Source: Octopus bimaculoides (Eukaryota). Taken from it: a DNA stretch of 33,133 nt. A program made the translations under genes and the position numbers. Location of the stretch: the NCBI RefSeq assembly GCF_001194135.2, contig NC_068983.1:5284126-5317258 (forward strand), written 5' to 3'. Of the stretch, positions 20,560 through 32,107 are shown piece after piece; the first letter of the stretch is position 1; each line of letters opens with the position of its first letter. The notes under the pieces were generated by a model, which ran no database searches, had not been told where the DNA came from, and saw only the letters and a list, made by a program, of their open reading frames with translations.

Positions 20560-21450
20560 GGGGTTTTTTTCAAGATTACATAGTTTGGCATTGTCTTCTC
20601 CATCAAAGTGTCTCACCATTCTTGTGGTCCCTCGACATCCCCTTCCCCAAACTCACCTCCTGAAATGATCTTTCACCACTTCTCCCAATATCTTCTTTGC
20701 CCTTCCTTGTCACAAACTTCCTTCCGATTGGATCACTCTGCGTTTCTTCATCCAACTGCCATCCTTCATTCATGCACATTAGCATCCAGCATCCCATAAT
20801 CCCTTCATTTCTTTCTGGTCTTCAAACATCTTTCATGTTCACGCTCATCATTCACCACCGTAAACAGACACTCCATTGGTTAAGACAATGAGGGCTCCAG
20901 TTGATCCAATCAGTGGAACAGCTTGCTCATCAAATTAATATGCAAATGGCTGAGTACTTCACAGACATGCATTCCCTTAACGTAGTTCTCAAGAAGATTT
21001 AGCATGACACAAAGTGAGACAAGTCTGGCCCTTCAAAATACAGCTGTTACTTATTTTAGCCAGATGAGTGAACTGGAACAACATGAAATAAAGTGTCTTG
21101 CTCAAGGACATGACACACTGCCAGGAATTAAATTCATGACCTTATGATTGTGAGCCAAATACCTTAACCATGCAGCCATATGCCTTAACTCACTGCCATG
21201 TAATATCACACTTCGTACACAAACATGGTACAATCTCCCCTTCACTGAAACTGAGAATACAATTGTTGCAACAGAAGTAATAGCTCCTTGCACTTCCTCC
21301 ATCCTGCTCATATTGAGGCTACTGTACTTTCAGAGCACACTCCTCCATTGTTGGTTCGAACTCTTAGATGACAGAAGCTGTGAAAAACTTCCTGGGAACT
21401 CTCTGGACATTTGAAACAATTCATTTCAAAGATGCTCTCATGGCTAACCT
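20560..21450 (-). pseudogene. RTE-clade LINE ORF2 3' fragment, split by a SINE
   Basis: EVFHSFCHL...GGVCSESTVASI*AGWRKCKELLLLL and SVKGRLYHVCVRSVILHGSE, then after the SINE MKDGSWMKKRRVIQSEGSL*QGRAKKILGEVVKD, matching the RTE RT C-terminal region. Confidence 0.85.
20865..21188 (-). mobile_element. SINE family C inserted in the RTE fragment
   Basis: Reverse complement matches 18175-18500; starts immediately after the HGSE codons. Confidence 0.88.
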
Positions 21451-21479
21451 ACTCCTACCCATTTCCTACATTATCTTTA

Positions 21480-21880
21480 ATCTTTTACTTGTGTTAGTCA
21501 TTTGACTGTGGCCATGCTGGGGCACCACCTTGAAGGGTTTTAGTCAAACAAATCAACTGCAAGGCTAATTATTTTAAGCCTGGTACTTATTCTATTGATA
21601 TCTTTTGCTTAAGTGCTAAGTTATGGGGATGTAAACACACCAACACTGGTTGTGAAGCGATTGTAAGAGATAAACATAGACACAAAGACACACACATACA
21701 CATGCACGCACACACATATATGACAGGCTTCTTTGAGTTTCTGTCTACTAAATCCACTTACAAGGCTTTGTTCAGTCCGAGGCTATAGTAGGTGCTACTT
21801 GTCCAAGATACCACACAGTGGGACTGAACCCAGAACCTTGTGGTTGGGAAGCGAGCACCTTACCACACAGCCATGCTTGC
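21480..21880 (-). mobile_element. SINE family A, near full length
   Basis: Head, core and 3' part present. Confidence 0.9.
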
Positions 21881-22012
21881 ATATAAAGTCCTTCTCCTCT
21901 GTTAGTCTGCCTTTGGTGCCAATGCATGTTTTGTGCATCCATAGTTTTTATTGAGTACACAGCATAGAATTCCTACCTCTCTCCTCCTTTCTCTTTTTTG
22001 TTCCATGTCCAG

Positions 22013-22078
22013 CATAGTCATCTCCCACATGGTCATCTCCCACATGGTCATCTCCCACATGGTCACCTCCCACATGGT
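22013..22078. repeat. (CATGGTCATCTCCCA)n, 4.4 copies
   Basis: 15-bp tandem units with two substitutions. Confidence 0.95.
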
Positions 22079-22785
22079 TGTAGGATCCTCTTTTCTTTCG
22101 TACGAATTAAAAGTAGGAAGAAAGGGAAGAAGTTGTACTCAGATTTGCCACCCACCCTGAACGGCAACAATGGAGGAGACTCTGGTAAAGGTACCCTAGG
22201 GTAGGCAGGGTGGGAGTTGAAAGCATGTGATGGATTAAGTCTCTCACCTGAGAACCAAAACTGTTAAAAACAGATATTTTTCATTATTGATCTCCTTTAA
22301 AACAGAATCAATCCATTTTATGATTCTTTGATTTCTAACAATTTTACTAATGGATTTCATGTTTTAAAACTTTATGGAAGTGAGATACCAAATATTGGCG
22401 TCAGTCTGAAGAGAATGTTTGTTTTAACATCCACTCACCTGGATTAAATAAATAACAGCTCAATATACTTTAAAACATATTTAGTTTTGTTTAGTTATTT
22501 TACTTCTTTGTTTGTTTTCTTTTTTTTGGGTTAATGCTTCTGTGAAAAGTAAATTCCTGAGATATTGATTGTGAAAACAGCTGCAGGAATAAATATAAAG
22601 AACATGGCACATGCAACCAAAAGAAAGTGGTTTATGTATTCAGGTGGGGAGGCAACACAACCAGGGTTCGTCTCATCCAGAGTAAAATCGATAATTGGCG
22701 ATATTGAAGCCGGTGTTCTTTATAATTCTAGCTAATTCTTATCATGGCATGCAAAATTTTGACACTGGAACATACATACATACAT

Positions 22786-23008
22786 ACTCTTTTTACTCTT
22801 TTACTTGTTTCAGTCATTTGACTGCGGCCATGCTGGAGCACCGCCTTTAGTTGAGCAAATCGACCTCAGGACTTATTCTTTGTAAACCTAGTACTTATTC
22901 TATCGGTCACTTTTTGCCGAACCGCTAAGTTACGGGGATGTAAACACACCAGCATCAGTTGTCAAGTGATGGTAGGTGGGGGGACAAACACAGACACACA
23001 AACACACA

Positions 23009-23082
<74 letters not shown>

Positions 23083-23243
23083 TACGACGGGCTTCTTTCA
23101 GTTTCTGTCCACCAAATCCACTCACAAGGCTTTGGTCGGCCTGAGGCTATAGTGGAAGACATTTGCCCAAGGTGCCACATAGTGGGACTGAACCCAGAAC
23201 CATGTGGTTCATAAGCAAGCTACTTACCACACAACCACATACA
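22786..23243 (-). mobile_element. SINE family A, full length, expanded internal (TA)n
   Basis: CTCTTTTACTCTTTTACTTGTTTCAGTC tail through the head; many CpGs retained. Confidence 0.93.
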
Positions 23244-23259
23244 TGTATACATAGACCAT

Positions 23260-23500
23260 CATCATCATCATCATCTAACATCCGCTTTCCATCATGGCAT
23301 GGGTTGGATGGTTTGAGAGGAGCTGGTAAGCCAGAGGGCTGTATCAGGTTCCATTGTCTATCTTGGCATGGTTTCAATGGCTGGGATGCCCTTCCTAATG
23401 CCAACCACTTTACAGAATGTACTGGCTGCTTTCGTGAGGCACCAGTACAGGAGTGTTTTATGCGGTGCAAGCACAGCTGCATTTTATGTGGTGCACGCAT
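23260..23500 (-). mobile_element. SINE family D variant
   Basis: (CAT)n tail and GGATGCCCTTCCTAATGCCAACC body. Confidence 0.82.
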
Positions 23501-23739
23501 GTGCATACACACTCACACATGTATGTATACATAAATTTATGTATCTATGGATGTGCATATATATATATATATATATATATTTAAGAAAGGTTGTTGTGTA
23601 AAGTTGGAACGATGCAAGAAGGTAAAAAGTAAACCACAAAAGGAAATGAAAACAAAAGAAAATTGTATTTTTATATTCCAAGGTGAAGACTCCTTTACCT
23701 CATATATATAAATATATGTATAAAGCACTAAGTCCACTC

Positions 23740-23893
23740 TGCTGGGTGGTCAGTGTTAGGAAGGGCATCCAGCTGTAAAAATTCTGCCAAAACAGTCAGA
23801 GAAGTCTGGTGCAGGTTTCGACCTGGCCAGATTTTGTGGTACCATCCCACCCATGCTAGCATGGAGCACGGACGTTAAATAATGATGATGACG
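23740..23893 (+). mobile_element. SINE family D, truncated
   Basis: TTAGGAAGGGCATCCAGCTG...CCCATGCTAGCATGGAGCACGGACGTTAAA(TGA)n. Confidence 0.85.
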
Positions 23894-23897
23894 GTGA

Positions 23898-23948
<51 letters not shown>

Positions 23949-24102
23949 GACAAAGATTGTATTCTCACCTCCATTAGTAAAGAGGTTATGTGTCTCCAGC
24001 CAGCAGGTCTGTTGAGTTGCCCATGTTGCTAAGAGCAATAATAGGCATGAAACCAATGGTAACTTTCTGATCAGTCATAACCAATGGCTACATTAAATGT
24101 GT

Positions 24103-24141
<39 letters not shown>

Positions 24142-24235
24142 AATATATGTATTTATGTATAGATTGGTAGGTATACACACATATATATATATATATAGAG
24201 ACGTACACATATATATAGACATACACACATGCTCA

Positions 24236-24270
<35 letters not shown>

Positions 24271-24280
24271 NNNNNNNNNN

Positions 24281-24317
<37 letters not shown>

Positions 24318-25375
24318 CACTCACACACACGTATATATTGTGGTCATCAAGACGAAAATGTCAGTGATTCCCTCTTCTTCTTCCTCTTCCCCTCTGTCCA
24401 CTTCATCAACCAAACAGAAATGTCAATGACCAACAGGAAACAATGAAACGGTTTTAGATGACAATAAATAGCAACATCTCCTCAATGACACAGCTTCTAG
24501 AAAATACCGTAGGACTTAGCTGTGCAATTTCTGCAATGTAAGTAATTCCACAATGTCTCAATACTGTAAGAGTTCGTTTTGGGATTGTTGCAATGTGGAT
24601 AATGGCACGCTTCAGTAACAACCTGTGCCTTAGTGGTAAGGTATTAGGTTCGCAATTGTAAGGTTGTGAGTTCAATTGTTGGCAGTGGTTTGGCAAAAGG
24701 GACCGACAGAATAAGAACCTGGTTTAAAAAAAAAATAAAAGGTACATAATGGGGTTGATTCGTTCAGCTAAAACCCTTCAAGTTGGTGCTCCAGCATGGC
24801 TTCAGTAAAATGATTGAAGCAAGTAAAAGGTGAAAAAAAAAAAAGGTTGAGAAAATCTTTCATGAAGTCACAAATTTTCTTAGTTTAAGATCAAACAAAA
24901 TGAAGAACAGCTTCGAATAAATTGGTTTGTTGGGAGAAAGAGAATCAGTTTTGGTGATTATTTTGGTAGGTTTTAGTTATTAATTCCCCAATTAATTAGT
25001 CCACAATATGAAATAAGCTGTGTGTGAAGATGAAAATGATAGAAATTACAATAAGATATTTTGTTTTTGAATTTGTTTTGCAAGATTCTTTATGTGAGTT
25101 TGTGTGTTGAAGCATATTCTGTTGTGTCTGGGGAGAGACATTCTCTTTTGGTACCTTATAATTTAACACACCAGTAAAATTTCTACTTATTTCTTTTTTA
25201 TTTTTCTAAAATTTTTGTTGCGTCTTGCAACCTTTTCAATAGTTTTTAGGTTCAGAAAAGAGGTGATTGGTGGAGATATGCCAACATCCTGATTGATATT
25301 ATTAGTAAAAGGCATGATTTTCAGAGATGGAGAATGTAAAATAATAGAACCATCTGTTACACTTATTGTAAAATA

Positions 25376-26298
25376 TTGGGTCATCCCATAAATAACACGT
25401 TTTTTTTTTTACTTCTTTTATTTTTCAAAATTAAGAGAAACAAAGTTCTTTTTTAATCTAAATTATATTCTCCTTTATTTTCTACAATGCTCTTCCAACT
25501 ATCTGGTACACTTGCAAGGCCCCTCTTCCAAAATTCACTTGTCCATGATGAAAAATACCCCTCCAATACTGTTCTAACCTCATCTGCAGAATTTATATTT
25601 TTTCTATCCAAATGGTTTCGAAGACTGCAGTATGAATTATAATCAAATGGGGCAATGTCCGGCGAATATGGTGGGTTGGGCATCGTTTCCCATTCAAACT
25701 GCTCCAGCTTTTGGAATGTCATCCTTGCTATATGTGGCTGAGCATTATCCTGATGGAAGAATACCTTTCGTCTTGAAACCAAAGATGGTCGTTTTTCTTC
25801 TAGTGCTGACTTGAATGACTGGTTGAAGGACCAAATCCAAGCTTCTCTGCCAGTTCCTCAACAGTTACGATGGGATTTTGTTCCACCAGGGTTTGCAGGA
25901 TGTCCTCGTCGTGCTCTACATATCTTCCAGGATGAGGCTTATCTTCGAGGCTGTAGTTTCTGGTTTGGAATTTCTGAAACCACCGTTGACACTGGCTTAC
26001 GCTTATTGTCCGATTGCCATATACTGCATTGATATTCCTCACACTTTCCATTGCGATGTTGCTTTTATTGAACTCAAAGCAAAATATGCCGAATATGCTC
26101 CTTTGTCACTTCCATTATAGCTTTGAAAAAATAACAGCTAAAATCGAACCAAATTCTTCAAAACTTGCACTAAGAATAAAGACAAGGTAAAATTACTACC
26201 TGCTTTTATAGCAAGTTGTTGCAGGTAGTTTATCCTGTCCCTCTTCGACTTTTAGTTCATGAAATCAGAAAAATTGCATTATTTATGGGATGACCCAA
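25376..26298 (-). mobile_element. Internally deleted mariner element, 923 bp
   Basis: TIR TTGGGTCATCCCATAAATAA at both ends; TA at 25374-25375 and 26299-26300. Confidence 0.96.
25453..26115 (-). pseudogene. Mariner (D,D34D) transposase pseudogene
   Basis: MEVTKEHIRHILL/EFNK...QCQRWFQKF...; deletion near 25810; HQDNAQPH...PPYSPDIAPFD with 34 residues between the last two Asp. Confidence 0.95.
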
Positions 26299-26877
26299 TA
26301 TAAATACATTAATGAATGCAAATCTGTCTGAAAGTCCCCACTTAGAGGAATGGCTGTACATGCATTGATTTGATTTAAGCACAGCAACTCTATCACTTTA
26401 TTTTGATATGGTTCTAAACCATTTCAGTGAGAGATACCCTTTATAAATCATTTCTGTAAATATCAAAGAGGAAAGTATTCAATGAAAAAAATATATCTTT
26501 TATTAGTTTCATATACTTTCGTTTTCAGTGTGTTTACCAAACACCTCAGAAGATCAGAATCAAAAATCACCGATAGAGAGACTGAGAGAATTATCAGTTT
26601 GGTTATAGAATTCCATAGTTTCTTTGATAAAACATGGAAGTACGATTTTGTTGTAAAATATTGGAATCATAACTGCTCTGTGTTCATAAGGGAATAAAAT
26701 AGAATTTCTGATGGAGTCAAATCTTTGTGTTGCTTCTCTTCCATAAAGAAGGTGTATATATGGACAAAATTGAATAAAAAAACTGAGACCTGAGAATTTT
26801 CCATATACAAGCTAAATTAGTTATGGAAATTGAAACTGTGCCCTCCTCCTCACCCTCACCACCACCGCTGCCGCCGC

Positions 26878-27105
26878 CACTGTTTAATGTCCAATTTTCC
26901 ATACTAGCATGCATGGATCAGATGGAATTTGCTGAGGCAGACTTTTTACGACCAGATGCCCTTCCTGTCACCAATCCTCACTTGTTTCCAAGCAAAGGTA
27001 ATATCTTCCGATGGCTTGACATATTTTATTTTTCCATGAAAGCCTGGAAATGAACAACATTGCTTTTATGACAGTGATGCTTGTTTGCAACTATCATACG
27101 ATCTC
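26878..27105 (-). mobile_element. SINE family D variant
   Basis: TTTAATGTCCAATTTTCCATACTAGCATG tail and CAGATGCCCTTCCTGTCACCAA body. Confidence 0.8.
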
Positions 27106-27747
27106 AAGACAAACAAACACACACACACACATAGAGGCTTCTTTCAGTTTCTGCCTACCAAATCCACTCACATGACTGTGGTTGGCTAGGCACACAGTGA
27201 GACTGAACCCAAGACCACATGATTGGGAAGCAAGCTTCTCAACCACACAGTCACACCTACATCCATAGATTTCCAATTTCCTCGATTCTTCACATTCTTT
27301 ATTTGCATCTCTATCCATATTTCTGATATGAACATATCTTTATTGATGAATTATTGAACTATAGGTTTGGGAAAATATCAATAAATATTGATAAAAAAAT
27401 AAAATTATTGGGGTGAGAATATCAATGACCTATGAGATATTGATTTTCCAACTGGCTTTCGATGCAGGCCTGACTGTGTAGTTAATAAATTAGCTTCTCA
27501 ACCATGAGGATTCAGGTTCAATCCTACTTTGTGGTACCCCAGGCAAGTATCTTCTATCATGATTTTATGTCAACCACACCCCTATTAATGAAATTTGGTC
27601 AACAGAAACATCATGGAAACCATCTAAAGAATTCTTCCTGCTTTGGGGTAATTTTAGCAATGATCAACCCATTTTATTTTCAGCTATACTGTATCAAACA
27701 CTACATTATCCAATGAGATTATCTATTTTGATATAGTAGGACATACT

Positions 27748-27920
27748 GTACCATGTAAAAAAGCACCCAATACACTCTGTAAAGTGGTTGGCATTAGGAA
27801 GGGCATCTAGGTGTGGAAACCGTGATAACTGGAGCCTGGTGCAGCTCTCAGGCTTGCTAACTTCTGCCAAACCATCAAACCCATGCCTGCATGGAAAACA
27901 AACTTCAAATGATGATGATG
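27748..27920 (+). mobile_element. SINE family D, one module
   Basis: CATGTAAAAAAGCACCC...GTGGTTGGCATTAGGAAGGGCATC...(GAT)n. Confidence 0.85.
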
Positions 27921-28900
27921 GTTTGCGGGAGATTAAGCTGTTATTTCTACTAGGTTCTGTGACCATGTAAAAGTCTCTCGCCTCCTTAAAGTTCCCTTTA
28001 TCATTGATGTGCTCATGGTTGCCTAAAAGTTGAGTTGACTGCCAGGGATAAGCTGATGGCTTAACAGATGGATTAGGGTGGATTATTGGTTCTATAACTG
28101 ATGATGTTGAGTCATTAGATTGGTAGGTATTTTGCTGGACGAGATCCAAAGTCCTTCTTACGATCAGAGATGATCTGTCACAGGTTTGGAAAACAAGTGA
28201 AACACGGAGGGAATAGATAACAGAGGAAGTCAGCTAGTCCCATACTTCCATGCAAAATTCCTTCAGAACTGTGGTGGGAACTTGATCAGAACCCGAAGCC
28301 TTATTAGCTTCAAGATCTTGCGTGATCTTCCTGATTTCTTCAGTGTTGAAGATTGTACTCTGTAGACTTGTCTCTGACGGTGGCCTGATCAGCGCTTGTT
28401 GTTCGTTGTCAATTGATACATGGCACATTTTTGCCAAAGTCTGGCAAAAGATAGTGGCTTTGGTTTGGGCTTCTTAGAAATGTAGTTGCATTGTAATCAA
28501 TGATAGGTCTGTCCTTCCAGAGAGAGAGAGAAAGACGAGGGATGCAGGTTGTAAGGTCAGGTCATGTGGTTGCATTATAACCAATGATAGGTCTGTCCTT
28601 CCAGAGAGAGAAAGAAAGAAAAGGAGGAGGGATGCAGGTTGTAAGGTCAGGTCAGGTCAGACGTTGGGGTATGTGCCATTGCAGTATACTACTGCATTCA
28701 CCATCTGTTGGTATATTCCTGGGTCCTCCCTGGCAGCTTGTTGAGTAGAGTCCCTCTTAGTCCCTATCTTCACGAGATACCCCCTCATCTGCCATGACCA
28801 TGTGCCCTGTGGTCAGCCAGCTTGAGCCATCAATCCAGCTGGATCTTCAGTGAAGGGAACACACTAAACAAGATCTAAGTCAAAGACGGACAGGTTATAA
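27921..28900 (-). pseudogene. Degraded non-LTR retrotransposon ORF2 (CR1/Jockey-like), linker and RT N-terminus
   Basis: KATIFCQTLAK...EEIRKITQDLEANKASGSDQVPTTVLKE, then PAKYLPI**LNIIS and IEPII...LLGNHEHINDK, resembling KA.G.D.IP..VLK / P.NYRPISL / L..H.LI.D.QYGF; many stops and frameshifts. Confidence 0.72.
28481..28654. repeat. Two-copy 84/90-bp tandem duplication
   Basis: 28481-28564 and 28565-28654 share AATGATAGGTCTGTCCTTCCAGAGAGAGA...GAGGGATGCAGGTTGTAAGGTCAGGTCA. Confidence 0.93.
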
Positions 28901-28915
28901 AACATGTTAAAAACC

Positions 28916-29324
28916 CTTACTCTTTTACTTGTTTCAGTCATTTGACTGCGGCCATGCTGGAGCACCACATTTAGTGAAGAAAATCGACCCGAGGAGTTAT
29001 TCTTTGTAAGCCTAGTACTTATTCTATCGGTCTCTTTTTGCCGAACCACTAAGTTATGGAGACGTAAACACACCAGCATCGGTTGTCAAGCGATGTTGGG
29101 GGGACAAACACAGATACACAAACACACATACATATATATACATATATACGACAGGCTTCTTTCAGTTTTCGTCTACCAAATCCACTCACAAGGCTTTGGC
29201 CAAGGCTATAGTAGAAAACACTTGTCCAAGGTGCCACGCAGTGGGACTGAACCCGGAACCATGTGGATGGTAAGCAAGTTACTTACCACACAGCCACTCC
29301 TGCACAGAATCTTTGTTTTCTACT
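28916..29324 (-). mobile_element. SINE family A, near full length
   Basis: Very similar to 22786-23243. Confidence 0.93.
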
Positions 29325-29626
29325 TTATTTCCATTCATAAAATAATCTGGAATGTATCAAAGGAATATGGACCCCAGTATTTGTCTGCTACTTACTTTAT
29401 TTTATTGATCTCAGAAGGATAAAAGGCAAAGATGACCATGGCTGGATTTGAACTCAGAATGTACAGGACCGTAAATAGATAAATAAATAAATAAACTGTA
29501 AATAAACCACAAGGCATTTTACCCAACGCTCTAATCATTCTGCTAACCTCGCATGCATGCATTGCAAACTGTAGCATTGTTACTTGATCTGCTAGAAACA
29601 GCAGCTAAATCTTTCTCATATCATGC

Positions 29627-29854
29627 AGCGAGCTGACAGAAAGGTTAGCACGCCGGGCGAAATGCTTAGTGGTATTTCGTCCGTCTTTATGTTCTGAGTT
29701 CAAATTCTGCTGAGGTCGACTTTGCCTTTCATCTTTTTGGGGTCGATTAAATAAGTACCAGTTATGCACTGGGGTCGATATAATCGACTTAGTCCGTTTT
29801 TCTGTCCTTGTTTGTCCCCTCTGTGTATAGCCCCTTGTGGGCAGTAAAGAAATA
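29627..29854 (+). mobile_element. SINE family B with 33-bp flanking direct repeat
   Basis: AGAAACAGCAGCTAAATCTTTCTCATATCATGC is identical at 29594-29626 and 29855-29887. Confidence 0.93.
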
Positions 29855-30339
29855 AGAAACAGCAGCTAAATCTTTCTCATATCATGCCCTACCATCTTGT
29901 CTCAAAAAAGGACATTTTGGATAATAGAGTCCTGTGTTCACTGTATGGAGGAAAGGACAGGATGGTCATGAGTGGTATGTATTTGATCATGGGTTGTTGG
30001 GTCAGGTTTGACCTGGGATTAAATAGCAACAGCAACAGGAGCCCAGTTAGCTGGAGGTCTTTGATCATAAATCTGCCAGGTCAGAATTGACCCGGGGCTA
30101 AACAACACCAACAACAACAACCCTACTATCCAGGAGCCTACTGCCACAATTCTACACTGACCACACCATTCCACTGTTCCAATATTGCACATATTCCTCC
30201 GTTTTGTTACAACAGCAATAGAAAGCATCTGTGAATATTATTCAAGCTCTCGTATCACTGTCTCAATATCCAAGCCATGTTGTTTGAACTATCTCCCCAC
30301 CACCACCACCACCAACTCTCTCTCCTTTAATCTCGTTAT

Positions 30340-30830
30340 ATCTTCTTCTTCTTCTTCTTCTTCTTCTTCTTCTTCTTCTTCATCTTCTTCTTCTTCTTCT
30401 TCTTCTTCTTCTCCAGCTTCTTCTATTTCTGCTGAATTTTTGGTCTATTTTTATCTCACTTTTTTTTTTTTTATTTACAAAATTTGCTGGAAAATGTTTC
30501 TCTCCTTTTCTCCAAACACTTAAGCATGAAATATTTATCTCTGTCTATCTATCCATCTTTCTATCTATCTGTCTGTCTGTCTGTCTGTCTGTCTGTATGT
30601 CTGTATGTCTGTATGTATGTATGTCTGTCTGTCTGTACGTATGTATGTCTACCTATCTATTTATCTATCTATCTATCTATCTGTCTGTCTATCCATCTAT
30701 CTATCCATCTATCGATTTATCTGTCTATCTACCTATCTATCTATCTATCTATATTTCTATCCATCCATCCATCCATCCATCCATCCATCCATCCATCCAT
30801 CCATCCATCTCTATGTGTGTGTGTGTGTAA
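30340..30830. repeat. (TTC)n and (TCTA/TCTG/TCCA)n/(TG)n microsatellite cluster
   Basis: Simple repeats at about 30340-30412 and 30540-30830. Confidence 0.95.
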
Positions 30831-30834
30831 AGGG

Positions 30835-31180
30835 TAGAAGGGTAAAGACCCCCTTCGGACACAAATGACCATGGGATTGCCCCTAAAAAGTTACCCTCTA
30901 AGGCACAAATCTGGGCAAGGTTGTTTATAAAAGACCAGCGGTCTCTCATGCATACCAGCCTCCCCTCTCCACGCCACCAGAGTTATCCAGGGGAAAGGCA
31001 AAGGCTGATACAGCTCGGCACCAGTGATGCCACAACTCATTTCTACAGCTGAGTGAACTGGAGCAACGTGAAATAAAGTGTCTTGCTCAAGAACACAACA
31101 CACAGCCTGGGCTGAGAATCGAACTCACTACCTCGTGATTGTGAGCTTAATGTTCTAGCCACTGAACTTTGCACCTTCAT
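30835..31180 (-). mobile_element. tRNA-headed SINE with family C-like core and a different 3' part
   Basis: CAGCTGAGTGAACTGGAGCAACGTGAAATAAAGTGTCTTGCTCAAG core and GAATCGAACTC B box on the minus strand. Confidence 0.8.
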
Positions 31181-31261
31181 ATCATCTTCATCAACAGCAG
31201 CACCAACATCATCATTGTCATCAGCAGCCCCAGCACCAACATCGTCATCGTCATCATCATT

Positions 31262-31455
31262 ATCATCATTTAATGTCCATTTCCCATGCTGTCATGAGTT
31301 GGACGGTTTGACAGGAGCCAGCAAGAAAGCGGGCTACACCAGGTTCCATTTGTCTCCTTTGGCATGGTTTCCATGGCTGGATGCCCTTCCTAACGCCAAC
31401 CACTTTACAAAATGCTTCTCATGTGGCACCAGTACTTTTTACATGACCCTAGCAC
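31262..31455 (-). mobile_element. SINE family D variant
   Basis: (CAT)n tail and GGATGCCCTTCCTAACGCCAACC body. Confidence 0.82.
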
Positions 31456-31470
31456 AGTAAATATATATAT

Positions 31471-31675
31471 TCTTTTATTTGTTTCAGTTAATTGACTGCA
31501 GCCATGCTGGAGCACTACCTGTAGTCGAACAAATTGACCCGAAGACTTATTCTTTGTTAGCCTAGTACTTATTCTATCCATCCCTTTTGTCGAACCGCTA
31601 GCTTACAGGGAGGTAAACACACCAACTTCCTTTGGATGTCAAGCGATGGCAGGGGCCGGACAAACACAGACACAC
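31471..31675 (-). mobile_element. SINE family A 3' part
   Basis: Family 3' segment in minus orientation. Confidence 0.88.
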
Positions 31676-31679
31676 AAAA

Positions 31680-31817
31680 GTAGCTTGCTTCCCAACCACA
31701 TGGTTCCGGGTTCAGTCCCACTGTGTGGCACCTTAGGCAAGTCTCTTTTACTATAGCCTCGAGCCAACCAAAGCCTTGTGAGTGGATTTGGTAGATGGAA
31801 ACTGAAAGAAGCGTTTC

Positions 31818-31863
<46 letters not shown>

Positions 31864-32107
31864 GTGTGGAGTGGGGGGTGTATATGTCTGTGTGGGTGTG
31901 TGTATGATTGTGTGTCTGTTTGTCCCCCCACCATCACTTGACAACCAATGTTGGTGCGTTTACATCCCCGTAACTTAGCAGTTCAGCAAAAGGGACTGAT
32001 AAAATAAGTACTAGGCTTACAAAGAATAAGTCCTGGAGTCGATATGTTCAACTAAAGGCTGTGCTCCAGCATGGCCGCAGTCAAATGACTGAAACAAATA
32101 AAAGAAT
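31680..32107 (+). mobile_element. SINE family A, nearly full length
   Basis: GCTTGCTTCCCAACCACATGGTTCCGGGTTCAGTCCC...GCAGTCAAATGACTGAAACAAATAAAAG. Confidence 0.92.

Noticed and set aside
22150-22214. Short palindromes (CCCACCCTG/CAGGGTGGG, TACCCTAGGGTA)
   Set aside because: 9-12 bp matches are expected occasionally by chance and form no extended structure.
22550-22740. Hydrophobic minus-strand frame resembling GPCR TM4-TM5
   Set aside because: The hydrophobicity comes from T-rich sequence; it is bounded by stops, has no good donor and no diagnostic motif.
24454-24696. Loose helix-hairpin-helix resemblance (PKRTLTVLRHCGITYIAEIAQLS)
   Set aside because: The similarity is short and subjective, and the ORF starts in a SINE fragment.
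13780-26602. Alternative plus-strand exon candidates (about 13780, 16908, 17205-17267, 22653, 24458-24537, 25251, 26529)
   Set aside because: Several can be chained in phase, but no peptide is recognisable and they have no more support than the minus-strand chain.
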